A stretch of 63,050 bases of DNA, counting the filler, from Catajapyx aquilonaris (taxonomy: Eukaryota), in assembly GCA_000934665.2 (NCBI GenBank). It is 4 parts of 4 records of this genome, joined end to end, with 100 filler letters (N's around TTAATTAATTAA, not from the genome) between each part and the next. Parts side by side here need not be neighbours in the genome. Positions count along the whole stretch, not along the records: positions 15,723 to 31,336 come from JYFJ02007445.1; positions 31,437 to 47,335 come from JYFJ02007446.1; 2 more parts are not named here. One strand, 5' to 3'. Shown here piece by piece: positions 20,805-34,703 of the stretch. A model generated the notes under the pieces. The model had not been told where the DNA came from. It was given only the letters and a program-made list of their open reading frames with translations, and did no database searches. A program made the position numbers and the translations under genes. How positions within the stretch are numbered: position 1 is the first letter of the stretch; each line of letters opens with the position of its first letter.

Positions 20805-23800
20805 TAGCCCAGGCATTATAAGCAAATTTTAAGGCAAACCTTGAAATAAATAAGGTAGTTTTGATTTTTGGCACAAATGTACCTTGGTACCATAGAAGCT
20901 ACCTCCCAAAAGTCCCCGCCTCTGAGGCGTCGGCGTCATAGTTTTTTTGAGCAAAAAGTGCGTAAGTCACAAAATCACAGAAATACCTGCCTTACTCTCA
21001 AAATATCCGTCGCAATGACCTCCAATGGTGCCAAAATGGTCAGGGAGGAACTGGGTGTGAATTACAAATATCATAATTGACATGAAGTGAACTTATAAAT
21101 AAATAAATCCCATTTATACTCGCAGTACATATATCGAAAGTGTACACTTTACGCACTGCTCGAAAACCGTCATTGATGTGGACAAAATGGTAGGAACCAA
21201 AGTTGGAGTACACACCTTCAGCTTTCGAACGGTATGTCGATGATCTCTTTGCGATAAACGGTTACGGGAATTTTCGTCGAAACGTGAACCGATGTCGCAG
21301 CGCACGCATATAGTGCCGTTCTACTCGGCCGAGGCGGACGCCACTGTACCGGCGCGGCGCAAGTCCCCCGATCCCGCCGCGCCGGCGAGTTGCTGTTAGT
21401 TGTGCGTTGGGATTCTTGTCTCAGGCAATAGAGCTACGAATAATATAAATGACGTATTTGTACATTATTGCCGGGTATCTCCTTTTAGAATAAATAAGCC
21501 GATAAGTCCTATCCGATATGTCATAACAAGTTACTTTACCATTTGCAAGAATCAGAAAAACTGGCGCCGAATAATCGGTCATCCTCTTCTTCATCATCAC
21601 ATCCATCCAATGTAACATTTAAACAGAAAGATCCTCGGCAATTCGCGCACATCAAACTGCACTCCAGTCCAGCACGTGAACAGTCACACCGGTTGCCGCA
21701 AGTGTCCTTGCAATTGCAGGACACCAAGTTAAGGATGTGGTCTGGAGCAGGAGGAAGAGTGGTCGTAATAGGCACCAGCGCACCACCAACAATTCTCCAT
21801 CCCTAATCCTGAGGGTCCAAGTAATGACCCATCCATTCCTGAACTTGGATGTACACGCGAAGGGAATGCTGCTCACAAGCAGCAGATGTTGGCTTCAGCC
21901 ATGTTGACAGAAAACCCAAGGCTGCTAAGAACCTGTATCAACTGTTTGGAAGCATAACGGCGGTGCACGTACACTCCAAGAGCAAGTAGAACAGGAGGGA
22001 CAAATGAACGTGGCCTACATGCTGATACGAGTGCTTGTCCTATTGCAGTTCGTTTCCTTCCAATGCCTTCTGACTGGGGATTACGGGAGGAGATGACGTT
22101 GTCCAGAAAAACCTTCAGAGTGTCAGGCAAAATGCTGTCTTCAGTAACACTACTAGACTGATCTGCAGCTGGATATTCGTCACACTTATAAACCATTCGG
22201 CGAATGTCCTCTCGAATGATTTTTGCTGTACAGTCTCCACAATTCTAAGGCGCTCCTCAGTGAACGACTTTTTCCTATTAGAGTACCATATTTCTTGGAG
22301 GAGCTGGTCAGCTGTTCCCTTAAAATTCACAATACTGGACTTCCCGGGAGTATCTGTGAGAACAATCGCATGGCCATAGTAAACTTTCAGTTTCTCCTTC
22401 AAGTACCTAGGACTGTAAGACAGAGTAGAAGATGTCGATGTCGCAGAGTATGACTCCATACGCTTCACCAGGTCGTCAAGCAAGAATTGACATTCATCGT
22501 TGTTCTCCATGTAATCCCTCAGCCTCTCGAACGCTTCTTTCTTGCCCTCATCTTCTCTTCTACCTCGCCCTGAAGCGGAGGTAGTGCTGGAGAAAATAAA
22601 ACCGCCGGTGGCACTCGGTGTGGTATTTGGCTTCTGCGGCGACAAGATCTTGGACACTGTCAACACCAGCCTGCACGATTCTCCCCCAGTCATCTTGTCT
22701 CTCCTGACACCTAAGCCTCACCGGACTCTTGAAGATCAGAGTCCTTACTTCATTAATAACCTTCCTGTACTTCACTGCCTTCTTTGTCTCCTTCCTTTCA
22801 GAGGCTTCCTCCCCGCAGAACAGGCAGTGTTCTTTAAAGTTGAAAGTAGGAAGGGAAGAACGCGAACTTTGCTGCTTTCCAGACCCATCGATGTACTCGA
22901 CGTACTTGGATCACATACTCGTACCTTCCTATCTTTCAGTATGGACGTTTTCCTGGTGTAGTCTTTACTGCATAAAACAGCATGGACAACAACGCTACGT
23001 TTTGAGCCGATAACCTCCGCTTTGCCATCCGTTCGCTCCTGGCTAGCAGCAACCAGCCCACACAGGCCTCTGGACACAACTACTGTTTCTTCGCCATTCT
23101 CCAAGTCACACTCACATATGAAGCATTTTCCTGAATCCATGCTCCCAGTTGCTAGAGCAGTTGCTCGAGCGCACGTGTGACTTGTGACTTGTCCAGTGGT
23201 GGGCACGCTAACCGTGTTTTAGTTCCACTAACAATCCGCAAACCATGGGCGGTGCTAAATCGCTAATGATAAACAGGTACAATGATTATATGGGGATTTC
23301 AACAAACATTGCTAGCGATTTAGCGATGTCCATGGTTTTATTGAGCAAGTTAGCTGTTATCGAAAGTTAGCTGTGCCCACCACTGAACTTGTCTCATGGA
23401 GGCCGCCATTACGGACAGGTTTGCGGGCGCGGGAACGGGCTAGTGGCATCAGTAGGCACTGCGCGTGCGCTGCGACATCGGTTCACGTTTCGACGAAAAT
23501 TCCCGTAACCGTTTATCGCAAAGAGATATTCGACATACCGTTCGAAAGCTGAAGGTGTGCACTCCAACTTTGGTTCCTACCATTTTGTCCACATCAATGA
23601 CGGTTTTCGAGCAGTGCGTAAAGTGAACATTTTCGATATATGTACTGAGAGTATAAATGAGATTTATTTATTTATAAGTTCACTTCATGTCAATTATGAT
23701 ATTTGTAATTCACACCCAGTTCCTCCCTGACCATTTTGGCACCATTGGAGGTCATTGCGACGGATATTTTGAGAGTAAGGCAGGTATTTCTGTGATTTTG

Positions 23801-23932
23801 TGACTTACGCACTTTTTGCTCAAAAAAACTATGACGCCGACGCCTCAGAGGCGGGGACTTTTGGGAGGTAGCTTCTATGGTACCAAGGTACATTTGTGCC
23901 AAAAATCAAAACTACCTTATTTATTTCAAGGT
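20805..23932 (-). mobile_element. Internally deleted Academ-like DNA transposon with 470-bp TIRs
   Basis: 20838-21307 and 23463-23932 are near-perfect inverted repeats. The left terminus is TAGCCCAGG at 20805; the outer ~30 bp are missing on the right. The element is absent from the duplicated copy of the flanking DNA (26420-26480). Confidence 0.8.
21536..23140 (-). pseudogene. Academ-type transposase relic (N-terminus fused to the C-terminal Cys8/CXC domain)
   Basis: MDSGKCFIC..., CLFCG, DLVAAEAKYHTEC, RPRSFVPPVLLALGVYVHRRYASK...SLGFS, joined at ~21895 to PTSAACEQHSLRVYIQV...PPAPDHILNLVSCNCKDTCGNRCDCSRAGLECSLMCANC. Several frameshifts. Confidence 0.72.
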
Positions 23933-26900
23933 AAAAACCTATTGACTTATTGGATGGACTATTGCATCCTGTTTCACCGTGGGCGTCCAGGGTCATGCTT
24001 TATGATCTGTGGATGGTTGAATCTTCTCTCTTGCATCTGGGTTTTAGTTCTCTTCAGATGCTTATCAACTAAACTATTATAATATCGGGAAGCGAATGAT
24101 ACAATTCGTAATTCCTCATCAGAATAGTGAATCTGGAGGACAATCATTGTGACAGTTTGCCATCACATAAAGATGACAGTGCTTAATAGATGAAAGTTGG
24201 GATGAATGCGAATAATAATGAATCGGTTGTGTCAGGTGGAACACCATGATATGTGCCCATCTTGGACAGTCGTGCCAGCTATAATTTTGTACTACATTTT
24301 CCTCCTCTTTGGTGGTAGGTTGATTGTCAGGTAGATGTGTCGCAAGTTGATCTGTTTTCCCACCGTTGCAGTATCTCTATGTACGACTGACAGTGTTGTC
24401 CGTAATTATTTTCAAACGATCTGTATACTTCTGTATAAATGAAACGTGTCGTATGCACGCACTTACATGCCTATTACAATAATTAAAGCTGTTACGTCGG
24501 CCTTCATTTTCAAAAATGAACAAGTCATGTTATCCTCCCTGTGAGTTATTGCTGTATTAGCATGTTAAATTTCATCAAGATCAGTCATTATCACCCCGTG
24601 ACCTTCCCTTGTGAGAATTTTGTGAACACTAAGTGCATCTTCAGCCTTCATTCTAATAACTAAAGTCCACTGCTTGGCCAATGGCATGGATGTTATTCAT
24701 ATCCAGTAAGAAACACCTTTGTTCATGTTATAAGAGGGCAATGTGATAATTGCAGCAACTGGAACATATTGTTTGGTTCACTTTTAGTGTCTATGGCGTG
24801 AAAAAATGGACCAGTAATATTATTTCCATGTCGTCTGTTTCCAATTCGTTTATTGTGGAATGATTTCAATGTATCATCATTCGCTCTTCCTATGGATGTT
24901 CCTTATCAGCTGTTGTATGGTCTCCTTAAATGCAATTTTGTTGTTACACAGTGCAGGGCATGGGAGAAGAGTCTAATGTTGCCGGTTGGGTTCAATATTG
25001 GTGTTGTCCTTGGCTGTTGTCTCCTCCCCCCAGACCACTTGTCCATTTAGGGGTATGAGAAGTCGCGCTCCTCATCTCCTGATGAGCATCTGTTATCCAT
25101 CGGCTTTTTATGGGTCAGCTTCTTGAGCTACTGGTAATAAATTGTAATCGCACATATTATTCTGATATTCCACTCCGACGAGGTGCATCATATCTAGTAA
25201 TGGCTAGTGGAACGGCCTACTGTATTGTTAAAGGTCTTGTTGTAACACTGTACGTCTGGTTCTTAGTGCACCTGGTCCTTCGTATGCATTACTCTGACAC
25301 AGGGACAGCTCAAGTTTCTGGCTGCAAAAAAGCGGAGAAAGCAAGTCGTCACTGGAACATATGGTTTTGGTACCAGTCGATGCACTTGATCAGACTCCTC
25401 TTGTGCTGGTTGCTCATGCATCTGTTAGTTTCCCAGGAAAGTCTGGGAGTGACACTTATCAGTGTGACAATTTTTCTGAGTTAGTAAAGGACACCTGAAG
25501 AAAGGTCTGGACCATGTTCCGCACAAATTGGGCTCCACAAAAATATGACTTAAGCGGCATGGTGTTTGTAGTAGCCAGATATATTATGCAGACAGTGCAG
25601 TGCAAATATTTGCGAAAAATTCTGCACATCATAATTATTGTTCCCATATGGTGACAACTTACTACATTACAAGGTGAAACCAGGGGAAACTAGCACCATA
25701 CCAGGCGACTTTGGCTACCTTGGCCCACCAACCAGGCTACCTTGCGTCTGTGTTACTAATAGGAGACATTAATTCTACAATGTTGTGGTAGAGATGATAG
25801 TCATGAGATTACTCTGCCTTGTCACCTACTTAAGTGCAAGATAAAATTCAGTAGGTTGTAATAATTATGCAGAACTTTTGTCTGCTCTTGCAACATCGCC
25901 TGGAGTGCCACCAAGGACGTTACTTACCTTTCGGTGTAGTTAGTGATACCTAGACAGTCCTCCATCCCTGCAAAAGAATGTCTCAAGAGGTCGATTACAA
26001 ATATAGTCATGTGGATTCCAAAAAAAAAATAGGTCAAATAGATGTACGCAAGGATATTCATCCAGTCAATGGGACGTGAGGAAAACCTGAAGCCCTGATA
26101 GGCTATTCATATCCTCAACCTGCTTGTTTCTGTTGGCTTTAGGTTGGAATTGTGTTTCATCTATGAAATCACGGCACCTTTGTGTCACACATCTTATGGC
26201 AGAGTGATGAGGGACACAAAGCTGATCTCGACATAAATACTAATCCTGTCGAAGCTCACAACGAGGCGTATTCTATTCATAAGGAGCCTGAAATAAAATT
26301 ACCATTTTTTTTGTGGTACTACTGATTTTCTACAACTATTTCTAAAGAAAAATATTGTATGCCAGCCAGATAGATTTGGAGAAGAAAAAAATGTGAAGCG
26401 AAGATAGTCAATCTTTGATGATAAGTATTTGGCCAGGCTGTGCTGTTAATTGTCTTCATGATCTGACTTATTGGATGGACTACTGCATCCTGTTTCACCG
26501 TGGGCGTCCAGGGTCATGCTCTATCATCGTCGAGGGTTGCATCGTCTCCGTTGCACCTCAGTATTAGTTCCCTTCAGGTTGCTTAAATTATTAACTTCAC
26601 TATTATAATGTCGGGAAGCGAATGACACAAATTCTTACTTCCTCATCAGAATAGTGAATCTGGAGGACAATCATTGTGACAGTTTGCCATCACATAAAGA
26701 TGACAGTGCTTAATAGATGAAAGTCGGGACGAATGCAAATAATAATGAATCGGCTGTGTCAGGTGGAACACCATGATATGTGCCCATCTTGGACAGTCGT
26801 GCCAGCTATAATTTTGTACTACTTTTTCCTCCTCTTTGGTGGTTGGTTGATTGTCAGGTAGATGTGTCGCAAGTTGATGAGTCCTTTTATGATCTGTTTT

Positions 26901-29900
26901 CCCACCGTTGCAGTATCTCTATGTACGACTGACATTGTCATCCGTAATTAGTTTGAAACGATCTGTATACTTCTGTAAAAATGAAACGTGTCGTATGCAC
27001 GCACTTACATGTCTATTACAATAATTAAGGCTGTTACGTCGGCCTTCATTTTCAAAAATGAACAAGTCATGTTATCCTCCCTGTGAGTTATTGCTTCACA
27101 ACACATTGAATTCTCAGCCATACCGGTTCCTTGTCACCCCGTGTATTATTACAACGCTGATCTTCAGGTCGTGAGGCTCATTATCCTGAATGATGCGTAC
27201 CAGTAATGATACCCAACATTACAGATTCAATGTACCAGGCATAAGGTAACAGGACATCATATTAAAGAAAATTCTATGGACATGACCTGAGCAGGAAATT
27301 CGGCATTTGCCTCAACGAGAGTAATGCAATTTGACTGCAAGGGCAATGTTTAAAATCAAGTTATAAGTAATGGTCATTCAAATTACTATTAAATAAGAGT
27401 TGCAGGGGTCACTGATGATTTAATTGGTCGGTTGCAAGTAGCTCTTGATTACCACTAGCAACACCTGCAGACGAAGTCATGACTGTTTTATTCTTGTATT
27501 ATATGCACGCCATACATTTTGCCTGTTGGGGGCGGGGGGCAACAAAGAAATCGTAGATTTGTTCCTGAATCACGGGGCAGGTGTAGTTATGACACTGAGA
27601 ATTTGGCGAAAACTAAGTGCGTCTTCAGCCTACATTCTAATATCTACTAAAGTACACTTTTTGGCCAATGGTCTGGATGTCCTTCACCTCCACACGTAGG
27701 AAACAGCTGTGTTCGTTATACCAGGGCATTGTGATAATATTGGAGCAACTGGAACATATCGTTTGGTTCACTTTTAGTGTTTATGACGTGAAAAATGGAC
27801 CAGTAATTATTTGTTGTCATCAGGTGTTGCTCAGTTCCATAAATGCCTCTTTGTTATTACGCACTGCAGGGTAGGGTAGAAGGGTCTAATCATCCTGGTT
27901 GGGTTCAATATTGGTTTTGTGTCCTTGGCACATGGCTGCTGTCTCCTCTCTCCAGACCACTTGTCCATTTAGGGGTATGAGAACTCATGCTCCTCCATCT
28001 GTTATCCATCTGCTTTTTATGGGTCAGCTTCTTGAGCTACTGATGATAAATTGTAATCACACATATTCTTCTGATATATTCCACTCCGGCGAGGGGCATC
28101 ATATCCAAAAGTGGCTGGTGGAACGGCCTCTACTGGAATGTTACAGAAGGTCTTGTTGTATTACTGTACGTCTGGTTCTTTGTACACCTGGTTCTTTGTA
28201 TGCAGTACCCTGACACAGGGACAAGAAAATTTTCCGGAGTTGCAAAGCACCCGGAGAAAGGTCTGGACCATGTTCGGCACAATAGTGGTTCCACAAAAAA
28301 TGACTTAAACGGCACGATGTTTGTAGTAGCCAAATATATATATTATGCTGACAGTGCAGTGCAAATATTTGCGAAAAATTCTACACGTATTATTGCCCCC
28401 ATATGGTGACAACTTTCTAATGTATATAATACAAATGCATATAGTAGTAGTTTCATCCTGACCTCATTATATTTCAGTAGAGTGCAGCTACTCATCTTCG
28501 TCTCGGTCCGTTATTGTTTGTGTTCCTACAAGATTCCATTTCTGAGGATTGGCGAACAATGAATTTCTTTCACTTTGTCTACCAAATTCGTCACAATATT
28601 TGAGCCCTTTCAAATGCAGTATCTCCAGCTCGCAGATTTTATTTTCATTGACAACAATACCTGTATTTAAGAAGAAATGTAATACACTTCTCATAACTAC
28701 TATGTGTATGACCTGCGCTACCGAGTTGGGTAATTGCATAGATTTATTTCATTGAGAAGAGGACACAAAAGTCTGGTGTTTCACCATAAGTAAATGGCTA
28801 CCAGTCGTGGTTGTATCCTATTGCAATTGATATATGTAATGGAGTCGGATTATTGATGAGTTTCCCACCCCATGTTACATCCTCGGTAATGTTTTGCGAA
28901 ACTTATTTAGCAATTACGGCGAATCACGCGCAGAGGTGTAACATCAGGTACCATTCGCAGTTTGATTACGTGGTATCAGAGCTATAGTTTTCTCGTGTCC
29001 ATCAGTTTCTCCAAAAACTCCAGCCTGAAGCTTGTTGTTTGTTATTTTTCTCTTGAGAGTTGCCTGGGTCACTGGTAAATGCCTCCTGTTGTTCCCAGTT
29101 GATCATCTTCGCAGGGTCGATATTATCGAGTGTGCTCACCAGCTAAATGTTAAGACCATACGTCTCAAGACAATGACATGCTTCACATACAATTTCTTTC
29201 TGTTTTGCTGAAGCAAATGTGAGCCTTTCCTCATGTCTTCATCGAAAGTATGAGTTGTGCAGGTGGCAAGCACTTAACCTCAGGCAGGGAATCATTTCTG
29301 TTTAGGGCTGGCACAAGAACTTGTCAATGTCCAATAGAAGCCCATAATGTACCACTTTACTTTGGTTTCCTTTTCGGATTCTTGAGTAGTAATGACGAAA
29401 CCCTTACTCATGTTTGTGTCACAATATTTCATTTGTGCAGTTCAATCATCTGTGACCTGTCTTCCTAGAACTGGTTTAACCTTGCTCACAAGCAAATCCA
29501 TAGCTTGGTGCTGTCAAATGAGATGCATGTCACCCTTAAGTTGCTTCTGTGTTACTACACAGTTGCAGAGCACGTCTTGCACCCCAATAATGGTAAAGTG
29601 TCGAAGGCTTGCTGAAGATGGATCGTCATAACCACTTCCTCTGGGGGCCTAAACTCCGAAGGTGACAATGTCTGCAAAAGCTAATAACTTTTTTCCCCTT
29701 AATGGTGTTTGTAGGCGGTCTCTCGTAATAATTTCGAGCAAAAGTCAGAAATGATAAGTTACCATGTGTTGCCAAATAGTTAAACAAGAGTGTTCTGCTG
29801 TAGTATCGATATACCGTACATGTTAAAAAGTATGTGCATGTACCTGAGACATGTCTGTATAGAGCTCGACTACATAGTTATAGCGCCATCTTATTCGTTC

Positions 29901-31336
29901 ACAAGATACTGTTTATGAGGCGAGGCGGTGACTTTTAATAAAACACATTCCGTGATTTTCTTCTTGTTTCGAGCGTCTTCAGTTGGATTAAGGTGATGGA
30001 AGACGCCCTGATGTCTTAGTCCCAATGGGATCCCTCCTGCGTTCGTCCCTGTGGTGTTCCCCTTCTTCAAGTTAGGGCCATTAGCAGCTTGATGGTCCTA
30101 TTAGCCATGCTGTAGTATCTGAACCAAAATGCAGATAATAATTGACTCCACATCTCCTGCCGTGCTAAAATGTTGTTTAGTTTTCAACAGGGTTTGCGTT
30201 AGAGGATGAAGGAAGAGGCGCTCCAACATAACTCTGCGAGTGTACTCGTAATACTTCTGCTACAACTTTCGCACATTTACCGAAGATGCATGTCATGTCC
30301 ACACTTCTGCCTGTCAGACTGGTTAGAAATTATCTCATCCTATCAGGGAATGGGTCCAGCAGGCAGACGCAAATGCCAGAAATTAATAAGGTCAAGTGGG
30401 GGAAGTGCACCCCTGTTTTGTAATAGATCACTTCAAATCATCTATCGCATCCCACCTGTTCCTTGTATCTGAATGAAATTTTGCCTGCAGTTACTCCTGT
30501 CCATTACTAAGACACTGTTAGAAGGAGAATGGTTCATAACGAAGTGCTTCCAAGGCAGCAACAATCATGCGGAACAACGCATGAGGTGTGCACTTCCCCC
30601 GGCACCCGGGGTAAGTGCATCCCCCCATCCAATTCCTGCATGCAATTATATTTCTGCTGCGATGGGGGCAGTGCGTCATAATCAAAATCAGAGCTAAAAC
30701 ATGCCATTTACAGAATGATATCTCAATTTGTTCAGGAGATACGAACTTCATTGCGTATAACTGCGCCCTCGGTGATGCATGATAAAGTGAAGAAGAAAAC
30801 CTATGGATTAATAAAATATTTCACTTGAAAATGACACTAACAGTAAAACAAGCTGAATTCCTCAACAAAACCCTTTATTTTCTGCTTCCATCCAGCCATT
30901 GGACGTTGCTGCATATGAGGTTCCAGGGTATCCCTTTCCAGGGTATCCTGATCGGAAAAGATGGCGTCGGAGCAGGATCAGCCGTAACGGTCGCTCTTGC
31001 AGAAGTCTTGGCGACAGGAGACGAGGGACTTGTTTGGTCCTCGTGTCTGTGCTGGTGGCACTCCGGTGGCCCCGACGTCCTTTTGGACATCCGTCCCGCC
31101 TCGGGGCGCGAGGGGACGGGTTTTTTGTGCCCCTTTTTGGGCCTGGGCCTAGCGTGTTTTGTTGTTGCTGTGGCAGGGGGAGAGAGAGAGAGAGAGAGGG
31201 TGGAGATAGCAGCTGCGCGTGATCTGACCCCCAGCACCTGGTAACAGTTTTGGTAACGTGCTGCCTCCTGGTGAGAATGGGAGGAGGCAACAAGAGCGGG
31301 AAGAAGAAGGGAGAGGGGGACGAGTGGAAGAGGGAG

Positions 31337-31436
31337 NNNNNNNNNNNNNNNNNNNNNNNNNNNNNNNNNNNNNNNNNNNNTTAATTAATTAANNNNNNNN
31401 NNNNNNNNNNNNNNNNNNNNNNNNNNNNNNNNNNNN
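31337..31436. other. Artificial contig linker
   Basis: N44-TTAATTAATTAA-N44. Confidence 0.98.
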
Positions 31437-31509
31437 GGGGGGGGGGGAAGGGAAGGGTCGATCGGACGCAGAGACATCTGTCGGCTGGGGAGGGAAACAC
31501 CTTTTGGAT

Positions 31510-32660
31510 CACTTAAATATTTACTTATCGTAATTATTTGGTTTTAATTATTTATCTTAATATTGTGCCTTCATTTATTGCCAATTCATTTTTAAATATT
31601 TACTTTTATCATTTTTAATTGGGTTTAATTATTTATCTTAATTTTGCCTTCATTTATTGCCAATTCATTCTTATACATATTTACTTTATCATAATTATTT
31701 ATTTGAATTATTTATATGTTAAAGTTAATTGATTTCGGAGTTAATTAGTTAATTAACTCCATGTCTGATTTATCAAATTCACGGTTTGGAGGCTCCATTA
31801 TTATTATTATTATTATTTGATATTTAATGTTTCATTTTTTTTAAATTTGAAACTTATTCAATTTAAATATATTTATCAGATCAATTTAATGTTAAATACT
31901 GTATGCATAAAATACACTGTAGGCTATAGTGTAAAGCCAAATATTACGCATAGGTCTACTCGCATAAATAATTTCAATTACACATGAATATAGTAAATTG
32001 CTATCATAAATTATGTGTAAATGTAATTGAATTAGTTAATTGAGTTAATTGAGTAGTTAATTGAGTAGTTAATTGAATTAGTTTATTGGGTTACTTTATT
32101 GAGTTAATTGAGTAGCTAATTGAATTAGTTATATGAGTAGTTAATTGAATTAGTTAAATGAGTAGTTAATTGAATTAGTTATATGAGTAGTTAATTGAAT
32201 TAGGTAAATGAGTAGTTAATTGAATTAGTTAAATGAGTTAGTTTATTGAGTTAATTGAGTAGTTATTTGAATTAGTTTATTGAGTTAATTGAGTAGTTAA
32301 TTGAATTAGTTAATTAATTAATTAACTCCACGTCTGATTTTTAAAATGCAAGACCATTTGGAGGCTCTATTATTATATTTAATATGTAATGTTTCATTTT
32401 TTAATTTTAAACTTATTTAGTTTAAATTGATATATTTATCAAATCAATTTAATTTACATGTTAAATACTGTATACACAAAATACACTGTACTGTAAGTGT
32501 ATACTCGCATAAATAATTGGAATTAAACATGAATAGTAAATAGCTACAATGTAAATTTGAAATGAATAAATTGCTATCATAGATATTATGTGTAAATGTA
32601 TTAAATTTAATATATAATTACATCAAAATATTAAACCCGATATATATATATATATATACA
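31510..32660. repeat. AT-rich low-complexity and minisatellite block
   Basis: GAGTAGTTAATTGAATTAGTTA-type units at 32025-32320. 31730-32030 is repeated at 32300-32600, and a related block lies at 34020-34185. Confidence 0.85.
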
Positions 32661-33387
32661 AATATAAATAAACCTCGAAATAAACAGTGATTCCATAATA
32701 ACTGCTAGAAATTAAGCAACTTATAGCAAAAATTGCACAGCTATTCTGTGAAAAGTGCAAAAAATATTTTGTCGCAAATTTTTATGGCGCATGTGAACTT
32801 CTTGGCAATTTTTATGCAAACATTGTGCGGTTTCGCAAGGAAAACCTAGACACTGCACAGTACGTCTCGTGTTGAAAACGACGCATGCAAAATTCATAAA
32901 GTACAGCCTGGTGTACGTGCAATAAAATTTGCATCATTTTTTTGTGTAGTTAAAACACGAAACGAGTACAGTACTTCAAGGACAATTGCAGCACTTCATG
33001 CTGTAAGACCTTACAAAAGGCTATACAACCCAAACCTAATTGCTCAGATTAGATAGCAGCTATTTCTCTCCCCCCCCCCCTCCCATAGGTACACTTTGTT
33101 TGACATCTAATTTACTCTGCATTTGTTTTGCGAAGTGTACACAGCACGGTACAGCATTATCTTGGATTACTAGAAACGTAAACAACCTACTGTAGATAAT
33201 AAGGCTTTATAAAGAAGTATGGAAGATCACATGACATTATAATCAACACACTCAGATCGTGCGATCTATACTTATCAAAAACACCGTATCTGCACCTGAC
33301 CTTGAAGTCATGTTATTGGCACGCCTGCTGGTCATTTGACAAATCACGTGGCCATCAGAAGTGCCAACAAACACTGCCTTTTATTAT

Positions 33388-33834
33388 TATACTATATAAT
33401 AGAAATATAAAAAGGTAAAGTTTGTCGGTCTGCCTGTCTGTCTGTCTGTCGGTCCAGGTTTCGTTTCCATGGCAACTCTGTAGAGATTCGTTGTTGCCAA
33501 TGTGAGGTCAACACAATAATACCACGCGAATATCATGAGAAGAACGGGTTCTGTTGCTAGTATAGGAATATAAGCAGCAATAACGCCGCATCTGCACGTG
33601 ACCTTGAAGGGACCTGACCCCACCCCTGCTGCTGGTCACGTGACTAATCAACCAATGAGGTAGCGACAATAAATTACGTGATCATCAGAAAGTGTCAATC
33701 TTCTCTATTATTATAAAAGGCAACGTTTGTTTGTTTGTTTGCTCGTTTGTCTCGTTTTCATGGCAACTCTGTAAGATTCGTTGTTGCCATGGCAACGACA
33801 ACACAATACCACGCGAAGAACCGGTTCTGCTACT
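33388..33834 (+). mobile_element. Two short tandem non-autonomous Helitron-like elements (~33388-33560 and 33699-33834)
   Basis: AT-rich 5' end with ATAAAAGG, a (CTGT/GTTT)n tract and CCATGGCAAC motifs. The first copy ends GCTAG|T; both are related to 40756-41311. Confidence 0.55.
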
Positions 33835-34338
33835 TCGACATATCTTTTTTTTTTTACAATCTCTCTGTAGTTTTACATTTAATTAGGCCTACTTACTACT
33901 AAGTACTCATTAATTTTATTTGTTTACTTTTAGTTACTTGTTAATTTTATAATTATTTTATGTATTATTCGTTATATATACCTTCATTTATTTTCGCTTA
34001 ATTTTCAACTAATTATTTATGTAATTAATTATTTGGCATTAATTATTTATCTTAATTAGGCCTTCATTTATTTCCAATTCATTTTTAAATATTTACTTAT
34101 TTTAATTATTTGATGTTAAAGTAAATTGATTCCGGAGTTATTTATTTAATTCATTAATTAACTTACATGTCTGATTTTTAAAATGCAGGAGGTGTACCGG
34201 TATATAAGCGCTGCACGCTGCACTTATTTCCAACGCTACTCTTGACGGGGGGGGGGGGGGGNAACAAAAAGGGCAGGAACGCCAACCCATTATGTGCAAA
34301 TGTGCTCAAATTAATTCTCAGAATGAGCGGGTCATTGT

Positions 34339-34378
<40 letters not shown>
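34339..34378. repeat. (CA)n microsatellite
   Basis: Read directly from the sequence. Confidence 0.97.
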
Positions 34379-34381
<3 letters not shown>

Positions 34382-34703
34382 CGCGCTTTTGTCTCCAAGC
34401 TCCACCGGTGATGACGTATGAATGGGCAGGGCCAAAATGCTCAACACGCAAAAACCTTGAGCCTCGTGCAGCCAGTCACACAAACAAACTCATTTGTGTA
34501 TACTTTTTTTAAAAAAGAAAAGGTGTACGGTCTCCACCATTTGCACGGTGTAGTCACCTATATAGCCATAGAGGACGTTACCACAAAATTTATGCGGTGA
34601 CACAGTGTCTCAGGTGGTCAGTACCGGAGGAGGGCTTGCTACTTGCTAGAGTGGAGCTTATTCAGAGAAGGGCGCGCTCTAAGTGGACCAATATAAGACG
34701 GTG

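Larger units (their letters stand above)
20516..28415 (+). repeat. Tandem segmental duplication: copy A 20516-20796 plus 23943-25660; copy B 25963-28415
   Basis: Long collinear matches, e.g. 24090-24550 vs 26610-27090 and 24620-25660 vs 27600-28415, with copy-specific indels. Confidence 0.9.

Noticed and set aside
20868..23902. Identical 70-aa ORFs at 20868-21080 (+) and 23690-23902 (-)
   Set aside because: They are the two TIR copies; non-ATG start and no domain.
28490..29300. Possible pogo-like transposase relic on the minus strand (ATLKRKI..., HIY.NC-like)
   Set aside because: Too decayed to support by eye, and no TIRs were found.
30825..31336. Overlapping 107-143-aa ORFs at the contig end
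   Set aside because: Low-complexity GC/GA-rich sequence, open in several frames, with no motif.
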